64,000 nt of DNA from NCBI GenBank assembly GCA_963790475.1, contig CAWBOS010000013.1, positions 320,001 through 384,000 on the forward strand, given 5' to 3'. The notes below the pieces were generated by a model that saw nothing but the letters and a program-made list of their open reading frames with translations, did not search any database and was not told the origin of the DNA. Below are positions 9,083-21,712 of this stretch, in pieces. Origin of the DNA: an uncultured delta proteobacterium (GTDB taxonomy: Bacteria; Desulfobacterota; RBG-13-43-22). Made by a program: the position numbers and the translations under genes. How positions within the stretch are numbered: position 1 is the first letter of the stretch; every line of letters starts with the position of its first letter.

Positions 9083-9198
9083 TGCAGATGAACGCCACCC
9101 CACCCTATCACCCCCCCCACGGCGGCTATCAGAACTCACAGTCCTACCAGATGGCCGAGATTGTTTATAAGGAGATCAGGGAATGGAAACAAACATAG
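9082..9198 (+). pseudogene. 38-aa mini-ORF, remnant of a four-helix-bundle gene N-terminus
   Basis: MQMNATPPYHPPHGGYQNSQSYQMAEIVYKEIREWKQT matches PPHGGYQDLQSYQMSEIAY of 10026-10613. It starts in a TGATG overlap with the cas7 stop. Confidence 0.7.
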
Positions 9199-10016
9199 CC
9201 GTTTTTAGAGGTAAGGAAATCAGGAAGACGCTTCATAAGAATGAATGGTGGTTTTCCGTTTCCGATGTGGTTGCCGCGTTAACGGATAGCGCAGATCCAA
9301 AGCAATATATAAAGAAAATGAGACAGCGCGATCCGGAACTTAGCTCCTACTGGGGTACAATTTGTACCCCCCTTGAAATTACTGCCCTAGACGGAAAAAT
9401 GAGGGAGACAAATTGTGCCAATACCGAAGGTATCTTCCGAATTATTCAGTCCATCCCCTCCCCCAAGGCGGAGCCTTTCAAACGCTGGCTGGCCAAGGTG
9501 GGCTATGAGCGGGTGCAGGAAATAGAAGACCCGGAACTGGGGACTAAGAGGACCCGGGCCTTATACAAGGCCAAGGGCTATTCTGATGACTGGATCGAGA
9601 AACGGATGCGGGGTATTGCCATCCGGGAAGAGCTTACGGATGAGTGGAAAAAGAGGGAAGTGGGGCAAGAAAAAGAATACGCCATCCTGACCTCTGAGAT
9701 CGCTAAGGCCGCTTTCGGAGTAACACCGGGAGAACATAAGAAAATAAAGGGACTAAAACGGGAGAATCTCAGAGACCACATGAATGATCTCGAATTGATT
9801 TTCTCCATGTTAGGTGAAGCGGCCACGACGGAGATAACACGGGTTGATGATGCCAAAGGATTTCAGGAAAGCAAGCGAGCCGCCCGCAAGGGCGGGGGGG
9901 TGGCCGGGAAGGCCAGAGAAGACCTGGAGCGAAAAACCCTTAAAAAAGTAGTTTCATCAGAGAACTATCTGAGTATTCCGCAGAAAAGACAAAAGCAGTT
10001 AAAAGAAAAGGGATAA
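9183..10016 (+). CDS. BRO-N domain protein (antirepressor-like)
   Basis: Motifs F.GKEIRK...NEWWFSVSDVVAALTDS, RIIQSIPSPKAEPFKRWLAKVGYER and NLRDHMNDLELIF.MLGE. Confidence 0.88.
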   Translation: METNIAVFRGKEIRKTLHKNEWWFSVSDVVAALTDSADPKQYIKKMRQRDPELSSYWGTICTPLEITALDGKMRETNCANTEGIFRIIQSIPSPKAEPFKRWLAKVGYERVQEIEDPELGTKRTRALYKAKGYSDDWIEKRMRGIAIREELTDEWKKREVGQEKEYAILTSEIAKAAFGVTPGEHKKIKGLKRENLRDHMNDLELIFSMLGEAATTEITRVDDAKGFQESKRAARKGGGVAGKAREDLERKTLKKVVSSENYLSIPQKRQKQLKEKG

Positions 10017-10025
10017 GGGGCCGTA

Positions 10026-10613
10026 ATGGATCGTCCTAATAACAAGCAAGGCGAACAGGCATCTAAGCTCATCCCGCCTCATGGCGGCTATCAGGACCTG
10101 CAGTCTTATCAGATGTCCGAGATTGCCTATGACGCCACCGTGGTGTTTTGCGACCGGTTTATCAGTCCCCGCTCGCGCACCCATGACCAGATGGTCCAGG
10201 CGGCCAGGAGCGGCAAGCAGAATATTGCCGAGGGCAGTATGGCCTCCGGCACCTCCAAGAAAACCGAACTCAAACTCATCGGCGTGGCCCGGGCCAGTTT
10301 GGAAGAATTGCTGCTTGATTTCAAGGACTTTTTGCGCCAGAAGGGGCTGCCCCTTTGGGGGAAGGATCACCCCAAAGCCAAAGAGGTTAGAGGGTTGTGC
10401 TACCGAAAAGATAGGTCTTATGAGACCTATAGGACCTATATTGAAAACCAAAGCCCGGAGGTGGCCGCCAACACCATGATTTGCCTGATCCACCAGACCA
10501 ACTATCTTTTGGACCAGCAACTGCGGGCCTTGGAAAAAGAGTTTGTTGAAGAGGGCGGTTTCACAGAGAGACTTTATCGCCTGCGCTCGCAGGCGCGGGA
10601 AAGAAAGAAATAG
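10026..10613 (+). CDS. Four-helix-bundle protein with suffix domain
   Basis: Motifs HGGY..L.SYQ, RT.DQMVQAARSGKQNIAEGS, ARASLEELLLDF.DFLRQ and F..EGGFTERLY..R. Confidence 0.88.
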   Translation: MDRPNNKQGEQASKLIPPHGGYQDLQSYQMSEIAYDATVVFCDRFISPRSRTHDQMVQAARSGKQNIAEGSMASGTSKKTELKLIGVARASLEELLLDFKDFLRQKGLPLWGKDHPKAKEVRGLCYRKDRSYETYRTYIENQSPEVAANTMICLIHQTNYLLDQQLRALEKEFVEEGGFTERLYRLRSQARERKK

Positions 10614-10634
10614 TCGTGAAAGAATAGGACTTAT

Positions 10635-11285
10635 ATGACTGATAGGACCTATACTCACACTGAGGAAGATTTGATCATGCTGTCCGCATTGCAGCATTAT
10701 GCTTTTTGTCCCCGGCAGTGTGCGCTGATTCATGTGGAGCAGGTTTGGGTGGAGAGCGGTCTGACCGCCCAGGGCCGGATTATGCACGAGAAGGTTCACC
10801 AGGAAGGCAATGAAACTCGTGGCCCGGTGAAGATTGCCCGAGGGGTGCCGCTCCGGAGCTTGAGACTGGAGCTGGTGGGTGTTGCCGATGTGATTGAATT
10901 CCACAAGATGAACAAAGGGGCCTGGCAGCCCTTTCCGGTGGAATACAAGCGAGGGAAGCCAAAAGCCGACCATTGCGACCTGATCCAACTTTGTGCCCAG
11001 GCTATTTGCCTGGAAGAAATGCTGGCCGTTGCGGTTCCCTGTGGGGCCTTGTTCTATGGCCGGACCCGCAGGCGTCTGGATGTGACCTTCGATGACGATC
11101 TTCGCCATGAAACGGAAGAGACGGCACGAAAGGCCCATGAACTGATCGCTTCCGGAATAACCCCGCCGCCGGTTTATGAAAAGCGCTGTGAAAGTTGTTC
11201 CCTGATCGGAGAGTGTCTACCGAAAAAAATTCAAAAGAAGGTTTCGGTGAAAAGTTATTTAACCCGCATGATGGACTCGCCATGA
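10635..11285 (+). CDS. cas4: CRISPR-associated exonuclease Cas4
   Basis: Motifs LSALQHYAFCPRQCALIH, G.ADVIEF, PVEYKRG, QLCAQA.CLEEM and C..CSL...C. Confidence 0.95.
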   Translation: MTDRTYTHTEEDLIMLSALQHYAFCPRQCALIHVEQVWVESGLTAQGRIMHEKVHQEGNETRGPVKIARGVPLRSLRLELVGVADVIEFHKMNKGAWQPFPVEYKRGKPKADHCDLIQLCAQAICLEEMLAVAVPCGALFYGRTRRRLDVTFDDDLRHETEETARKAHELIASGITPPPVYEKRCESCSLIGECLPKKIQKKVSVKSYLTRMMDSP

Positions 11286-12313
11286 AAAAACATCTCAATA
11301 CCCTTTATGTGACCACCCAAGGGTCCTACCTTTCCAAAGAGGGCGAGACCGTCGTCGTTAAAGTTGAGGGGGAAGTCCGTCTCCGCCTGCCGGTCCACAC
11401 CATCGGCGGCATTGTCTGTTTTGGGAATGTCTTGTGCAGTCCTTTTTTGATGGGATTTTGCGCAGAGAACCAGGTGGGCTTAAGTTTCTTGTCTGAACAC
11501 GGCCGGTTTCTGGCCAAAGTTCAGGGGCCGGTTTCCGGAAATGTCCTGCTTCGACGGGAACAATACCGTCGGGCCGACGATATGAAATTCTCAGCCGAGG
11601 TCGCCGGTTTCATTCTAACCGGAAAGATCACCAATTGCCGAACGGTGCTGCAAAGGGTTATCCGGGACCATGCCGAAAAGATTATGGAACAGGAGGTTCG
11701 CAATGCCGTCACCAAGCTGAACCACCAGCTTGATTTTTTTAATAAGGATTTGCCGCTGGATGTTTTGCGGGGGATCGAGGGCGATGCCGCCCATACCTAT
11801 TTTACTGTCTTTGATCATCTGATTTTGGCGCAGAAAGAAACTTTTCGATTCGATGAAAGAAACAGGCGGCCACCGCTGGATAATGTCAACTGCCTTTTGT
11901 CTTTTATTTATACGCTTCTGATGCATGATGTCCGGTCCGCTTTGGAAACAGTAGGCCTCGATCCGTCTGTCGGATTTCTTCACCGGGATCGACCCGGAAG
12001 ACCTGGGCTGGCTCTGGACCTGATGGAAGAATTCAGGCCTTTTATTGCCGACCGTTTGGTTTTGTCTTTGATCAACCTGCAGCAGGTTCGGGATAAGGGA
12101 TTTCAGAAGATGGAATCCGGTGCAGTCCTTATGGACGATGATACCCGGAAAACAGTTCTGGTTGCTTACCAGGAGAGGAAGCAGGAAGAAATATTCCATC
12201 CTTTTCTGGATGAGAAGGTAATGATCGGCATATTGTTTCACATCCAGGCCCTGCTGATGGCCCGGTATCTGCGTGGAGACCTGGATGGGTATCCACCTTT
12301 CATTTGGAAATAA
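11282..12313 (+). CDS. cas1: Type I-C Cas1
   Basis: Motifs MKKHLNTLYVTTQG, LRGIEG, RNRRPP.D.VN.LLSF.Y, GFLH.DRPGR..LALDLMEEFR and YPPFIWK. True start is ATG 11282. Confidence 0.97.
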   Translation: MKKHLNTLYVTTQGSYLSKEGETVVVKVEGEVRLRLPVHTIGGIVCFGNVLCSPFLMGFCAENQVGLSFLSEHGRFLAKVQGPVSGNVLLRREQYRRADDMKFSAEVAGFILTGKITNCRTVLQRVIRDHAEKIMEQEVRNAVTKLNHQLDFFNKDLPLDVLRGIEGDAAHTYFTVFDHLILAQKETFRFDERNRRPPLDNVNCLLSFIYTLLMHDVRSALETVGLDPSVGFLHRDRPGRPGLALDLMEEFRPFIADRLVLSLINLQQVRDKGFQKMESGAVLMDDDTRKTVLVAYQERKQEEIFHPFLDEKVMIGILFHIQALLMARYLRGDLDGYPPFIWK

Positions 12314-12325
12314 GGAGGCCTCTCG

Positions 12326-12616
12326 ATGTTTGTTTTGGTCAGCTACGATGTTTCAACCATTGATCCCGGTGGGCCGCGCCGTTTGAATCAGGTAGCCAAG
12401 GCCTGTAAGGATTATGGCCAGCGGGTGCAATACTCTGTTTTCGAATGCCTTGTGGACCCGGCCAAGTGGGCAGTTTTGAGGCAACGGCTTATTGATATTA
12501 TCGATCATAAGGTGGATAGCCTGCGTTTTTATTATCTGGGGGCCAATTGGCGCAGGCGGGTTGAACATGTGGGCGCGAAAAAAGGGATTGACCAGGAAGG
12601 GCCTCTGATCGTTTAA
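12326..12616 (+). CDS. cas2: Cas2
   Basis: Motifs MFVLVSYDV, YGQRVQYSVFEC and DSLRFY.LG. Confidence 0.97.
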   Translation: MFVLVSYDVSTIDPGGPRRLNQVAKACKDYGQRVQYSVFECLVDPAKWAVLRQRLIDIIDHKVDSLRFYYLGANWRRRVEHVGAKKGIDQEGPLIV

Positions 12617-12801
12617 GAAGGATTTGCGAACCTGAAGGGGACATGATTTACCGGGGAGGTTCGCATTGGAGTTAATTGTTTGAACTAATTATATTTTTTG
12701 AATATGTTCTTTGATAATTGAATAAAGGTAGTTGTAAATTTGGCAAGGTGCGCAAAAATCATAATATTTTTTGTTTATTAATAAATGTTTACAAGTTGTA
12801 T
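12617..12801 (+). promoter_or_regulatory. CRISPR leader
   Basis: AT-rich segment between cas2 and the first repeat, with inverted motif TGCGAACCT (12625-12633) / AGGTTCGCA (12657-12665). Confidence 0.85.
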
Positions 12802-17458
<4,657 letters not shown>

Positions 17459-17529
17459 AAATGTCGGGAAAGGAGTAACCCTATGAAGATTTCCTTGAAA
17501 AAAAAGAGGAACTAAAAGCCGGGCTAAGG

Positions 17530-17805
17530 ATGAAGTTAAAAGCCGAGAATAACCAAATTATAATCTATGATCCGATTACTCAAAATTTTAAGACTATTGA
17601 GTATTCTCTCATAGATAAAAAGGAAGGGATTTTCTTTGACAACCCCTTGGTTTTTGACATTGATATTAGAAAACCGAAAGAGTTTCCAATTATTGATCGG
17701 GAAAGGAAAATGATAACCGTCTATTCCAGAAGACAACGAATATTGACCACCTTCACTCTTCCCGATAAATACTTTGACTTGCCGGAATATACTTGGAATG
17801 CATAG
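17530..17805 (+). CDS. Hypothetical 91-aa protein, AT-rich
   Basis: Open ORF directly after the array trailer. No motif recognised. Confidence 0.5.
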   Translation: MKLKAENNQIIIYDPITQNFKTIEYSLIDKKEGIFFDNPLVFDIDIRKPKEFPIIDRERKMITVYSRRQRILTTFTLPDKYFDLPEYTWNA

Positions 17806-17944
17806 GTAATAAAAGGGACGTCCCCTTTAATTACCCCTTAAAAGTTGACCAAGTGATGCGCTGGAAAAGCGATGTATAGTTTAACAAAATAGGGACCTGC
17901 CACCGCCTAAGTAGAGACAGGCCCTCCCAAAATTCCAAAACTTT

Positions 17945-18286
17945 CTATTGCTTTTCTCCGGTGAAGACGCCCTTCCCGTATGTTCCAAAGACAACAGTGC
18001 CGCTGACCTTATTGCCCTCAATCTTTCCTTGATAGGTTATCTCAAGCCCTTTATTATTGAATGTGTATATGAAATCTTTCCCTAGTATTTTTCCGGTAAC
18101 TTTATCCGTTTGGTAGTTTCCGGTAATTTGCTCACCATCCTGTTGTAAGACAAAAGTTGGATTTCCTTTGTAGCCAGCCGAATCAACCGACATAACCCAG
18201 GTTCCGGTCAAACTATCTCCAGCCTGAGCGACCACGGCCCTCGCAGCTAACCCAAAAACCACAAAAAGCATCAGGCCTGACCTCAT
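17945..18286 (-). CDS. Small secreted hypothetical protein
   Basis: Signal peptide ending AQA, then a beta-rich LTGTW...L.QDG..ITG...G.FTG pattern. Confidence 0.7.
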   Translation of the reverse strand: MRSGLMLFVVFGLAARAVVAQAGDSLTGTWVMSVDSAGYKGNPTFVLQQDGEQITGNYQTDKVTGKILGKDFIYTFNNKGLEITYQGKIEGNKVSGTVVFGTYGKGVFTGEKQ

Positions 18287-18303
18287 CCCCTACAGCATGC
18301 TTA

Positions 18304-19074
18304 TCAGGCCAGTAAACCCCCATCCATAACCAGGGTATGTCCGGTAATATAACTGGAGGCGTCCGAGACTAAAAAGAGGACCGGCCCCAGCACCTCCTCC
18401 ACCCCGGCCAATCGACGTAAGGGATAACTTTTCTCGGCCTTTTTCCGGGTTTCCGGGTCCATCCTCTCCCGGACCTTCTCGGTCAGGGCCTGGGAGGGGG
18501 CGAGGGCGTTGACCCGGATATTATACTTACCCAGATCCCAGGCCAGATTTCGGGTCAGCATAATAATACCGGCCTTGGCAATGTTGTAGGAGCCTCTCTT
18601 GGTAAAGGCCTTCATTCCGGCGGCCGAGGCCATATTCAGGATATTCCCTTTCTTTCGTTCGATCATCCCTTTGACGGCAGCCTGGGAACACAAAAAAGCC
18701 GCTTTAAGATTGTTATCCATGACCATCTGCCAATCTTCTAATGAGGTTTCATGAAGCAGGGGAGAAAGGCCGGCCCGGCCCCCGGCGTTATTGACCAGGA
18801 TGTCAAGACCCCCCATTTCATTTTCGACCTGCCGGACGAGATCCTCGACTTCCGCCTTTTGAGTCAAATCCACCCGAACAGCCAGGGAACGGCGTCCAAG
18901 CCCCCGGATCGCTTCATATACGCCGGTCAAGTCGCCTTCTTCCTCAACTCGATCACAAACAGCCACATGGGCGCCCGCTTCGGCCAGAGCCAGGGCAATC
19001 GCCTTGCCCAATCCCCTTCTGCTCCCGGTCACCAGAGCGGTTTTTCCTTCTAACAACAGATTGGGTATGCTCAT
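18304..19074 (-). CDS. SDR family oxidoreductase
   Basis: Motifs TGSRRGLG, LVNNAG, YxxxK (YNIAK) and IRVNALAP. Confidence 0.92.
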   Translation of the reverse strand: MSIPNLLLEGKTALVTGSRRGLGKAIALALAEAGAHVAVCDRVEEEGDLTGVYEAIRGLGRRSLAVRVDLTQKAEVEDLVRQVENEMGGLDILVNNAGGRAGLSPLLHETSLEDWQMVMDNNLKAAFLCSQAAVKGMIERKKGNILNMASAAGMKAFTKRGSYNIAKAGIIMLTRNLAWDLGKYNIRVNALAPSQALTEKVRERMDPETRKKAEKSYPLRRLAGVEEVLGPVLFLVSDASSYITGHTLVMDGGLLA

Positions 19075-19150
19075 TTTTTCCTCTCAACAATTAAATGGTT
19101 TTCGGTCAATTGGATAGTTCCCTCTTTGCCGCGGTTTTTCCCGATTTTAT

Positions 19151-19672
19151 TCAGAGCGATCCATCCAATTCATCGGCCACCGGCTTCTTACAGGATCGGC
19201 AGCGCTGGGCACCCCGGAAAAGAGGTTTCCCGCATGAAGGACAATGATAGCGTTCACATTCGGACCGGGCCCATTCGATGCTCCCTTTTTCAGCACCGTG
19301 TTCAGCGACGAAGGCCCGCCAAACGGGTAGGGTCCTTTTCATCACTCTCAGCCCGGTCGTCAACCCGAAATTCTCTATGAGATCGCAAGGCCACTCCTGA
19401 CATTGATGGCAGGAGTAATACCCCTTTCCTCTAACGCAATCCCTTATCTTGCAGGTTTTGCAGTACCCATAAAGTTTTTCCGGCGGATCGGGCTGCATAC
19501 AACCCAGGCATTCGGTTGTCTCCGGGGTTGTCCCATAGAGATTGGCCATAGTCGCCTTGAATTTCTCGTTCCCATCCCTGGTGGCGATATAAACGCCGCA
19601 CGCGCCACAGTACAATCCGCAAGGGGCCATTAATGACTTATTCCTGATTTCTTCTTCTTTCCATCCTTCCAT
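19151..19672 (-). CDS. DUF3795-like Cys-rich protein with C-terminal zinc ribbon
   Basis: Motifs APCGLYCGAC, C.GC, C.IRDC...SCHQC..WPC and CPSCG...CRSC. Confidence 0.8.
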   Translation of the reverse strand: MEGWKEEEIRNKSLMAPCGLYCGACGVYIATRDGNEKFKATMANLYGTTPETTECLGCMQPDPPEKLYGYCKTCKIRDCVRGKGYYSCHQCQEWPCDLIENFGLTTGLRVMKRTLPVWRAFVAEHGAEKGSIEWARSECERYHCPSCGKPLFRGAQRCRSCKKPVADELDGSL

Positions 19673-19746
19673 GATTCACTCCTTGGATCAGGGCCATTCA
19701 TTTTTGGGTAATTCCAGATTTCTCTCTACCCCTCTCTTTTTCCCGG

Positions 19747-20586
19747 TCATTTTTCTTTCAGCAGCGCTTCGGCGGCCAGTTTATATTGTCTTCTTATCCA
19801 CTCGGCCTGGTCCCGGGTTTCGGTTTCTTCGGTTGGAAAAAAGTCGACCATTTTACTTTTTCGGGCCATCTCATCAATTGTGAGTCCTTGAGACCGGAAA
19901 TCCCTCACTTCAAACTCCAGTTCCTCAAAAAAAGTCAGATATTTTTCTACCATCCCTTTTACGCCCACCGGACCGTGTCCGGGGACCACCACATCGATTT
20001 CCATGGATAGCATTTTCTTGAGGGCTTCCTTCCATTTCCCAAAATGGGCCTGTCCCAAAAAGGGGAATTGCCCTTCCACATTATCTCCGGTAAACAGAAT
20101 CTTTTCCTCGGGGAGATAAATCATGATGGTGGCGGGCGAGTGCCCGCCTACAAACTCGAGGACGAAGGTAGCATCCCCCATATCCAGATTAAGCCCTTTA
20201 TCAAAGGTAATGTGCGGCGAAACAAAATCAAACCGGGCGAAATAGGACTCGTATCGGGGGATAACATCGGGGAAGGCGTCCTTGATGACTTGTTTGAGGG
20301 CCTGTTTATTTTTCAGGTAATCCATACCTTTGGCCGCCCTGGTATGACAGATCACATTCGGAGTCAAAAAACTGTTTCCCATGACATGGTCATAATGGTG
20401 ATCGGTATTGATCACGTAAGCCGCGTCCTTACCAGTCTGCTGTCTGGTGAGGCCGGCCCACTTTTTGCCGTCCTGGGGTAAAAAAGGACTGTCTATAAAA
20501 ACAAGCCCCCGTGAGGTGGCAATGCAACTGACATTGGCCCCTAAATAGTCGGTTTCAACCAGTATTCTTTTTTTAATGATCTGCAT
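19747..20586 (-). CDS. MBL-fold metallo-hydrolase
   Basis: Motifs NTDHHYDH..GN, GHS, FTGD and VPGHG. Confidence 0.9.
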   Translation of the reverse strand: MQIIKKRILVETDYLGANVSCIATSRGLVFIDSPFLPQDGKKWAGLTRQQTGKDAAYVINTDHHYDHVMGNSFLTPNVICHTRAAKGMDYLKNKQALKQVIKDAFPDVIPRYESYFARFDFVSPHITFDKGLNLDMGDATFVLEFVGGHSPATIMIYLPEEKILFTGDNVEGQFPFLGQAHFGKWKEALKKMLSMEIDVVVPGHGPVGVKGMVEKYLTFFEELEFEVRDFRSQGLTIDEMARKSKMVDFFPTEETETRDQAEWIRRQYKLAAEALLKEK

Positions 20587-20673
20587 GAGTCAACCTCTCT
20601 TTGAATGGTTTCCTAAAACAGGATAAATCTAAACCCGTTCCCTGATTTCTGCACTGGCCTTCAGCGTTGCCGC

Positions 20674-21666
20674 TTAGAGCTTAAGCACAATTTTCCCGAA
20701 ATGAGCGTTGGTAGTCATATACTGGTGCGCCTCCGTTGCCTGATCAAGGGAGAATACGCGATCAACCACAGCTTTCAACCGGCCGTCGTCCAGGGCGGGC
20801 AGCAGGTCGAGGATCATCGATCGGGCTATTTCGATTCTTTCAGTGAAAGTTCGGGTACGGAAGGTAACTCCGATAAGCTCCAGCCGTTTCAGGGCCAGCA
20901 GGTCCATGTTCAGCTGACCGATTTCTCCTCCCAGCCTGCCCACACTGACCAGGCGGCCTTTCAGGGCCGTGCACTTCAGGTTATCTTTTAAATGGGGTCC
21001 GCCGACGTGATCAATAATCAGGTCAACGCCTTTTCCCTCCGTGGCCGAGAGAACGGCTTCCTTAAAATTTTCCGTCCGGTAATTAATGCCCACATCCACA
21101 CCCAATGTCCTGAGGGCGGCCAGTTTGGCAGGTAATCCGGACAGGCCGATGACCGGTTTTGCCCCCCATAACCGGGCAATCTGTACCGCCGCGACTCCGA
21201 CACCCGATGAGGCCCCGTTGATCAACACCGCTTCCCCGGCTCGAAGACGACCGTTGGTGATCAGAGCGTTATGTTCGGTCATGTAGGAAACCGGAATAGT
21301 TGCCGCTTCTTCCCAGCTCAGCCTCTCCGGCACGGCCATGGCCAGGTGCTGATGTAGGATAGTGAATTCGGCATATCCGCCGGCACACATGCCCATCACC
21401 CGATCCCCTTTGGCAAACCCTGAAACGTCTTGGCCCAGATCCACCACGACACCGGCGGCTTCCCCCCCGACAATCTCCGGCAGTCCTTCGGCCGTTGTTG
21501 ATCCTGTCGTTACATAGGTGCCTTGTACCCGAAAAAGATCGGCCCGGTTTAAGGCCGTGGCCTTCACCTCAATCAAAAGTTCTTCCGGCCGGGGTTTAGG
21601 AATCGGAACCTCCTGCAGGGCCATGGCCCCGCCCTGTTCTTTTCTGATAATAACGACAGCTTTCAT
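20674..21666 (-). CDS. NAD(P)H-quinone oxidoreductase (MDR family)
   Basis: Motifs LNRAD, GGYAE, GASSGVG.AAVQIA and HFGKIVL. Confidence 0.9.
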   Translation of the reverse strand: MKAVVIIRKEQGGAMALQEVPIPKPRPEELLIEVKATALNRADLFRVQGTYVTTGSTTAEGLPEIVGGEAAGVVVDLGQDVSGFAKGDRVMGMCAGGYAEFTILHQHLAMAVPERLSWEEAATIPVSYMTEHNALITNGRLRAGEAVLINGASSGVGVAAVQIARLWGAKPVIGLSGLPAKLAALRTLGVDVGINYRTENFKEAVLSATEGKGVDLIIDHVGGPHLKDNLKCTALKGRLVSVGRLGGEIGQLNMDLLALKRLELIGVTFRTRTFTERIEIARSMILDLLPALDDGRLKAVVDRVFSLDQATEAHQYMTTNAHFGKIVLKL

Positions 21667-21712
21667 AGGTATCTCCCGAGTTTTTACCAGGGTGTTAAAC
21701 CTGAATTGATTT

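Noticed and set aside
9105-9130. PPHGG-coding DNA resembling the reverse-complement CRISPR repeat (possible isolated repeat or mini-array)
   Set aside because: It lacks GTTTCAAT and the full stem. It is better explained as the four-helix-bundle HGGY remnant.
10026-10613. Four-helix-bundle protein as a DGR Avd component
   Set aside because: No reverse transcriptase and no template/variable repeat pair with A-specific mismatches in the window.
9999-11138. 379-aa minus-strand ORF and other long antisense ORFs
   Set aside because: They shadow well-supported genes on the opposite strand and have no motifs.
11195-11281. N-terminal extension of Cas1 in the ORF track
   Set aside because: It overlaps cas4. 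The canonical MKKHLNTLY start at 11282 overlaps the cas4 stop.
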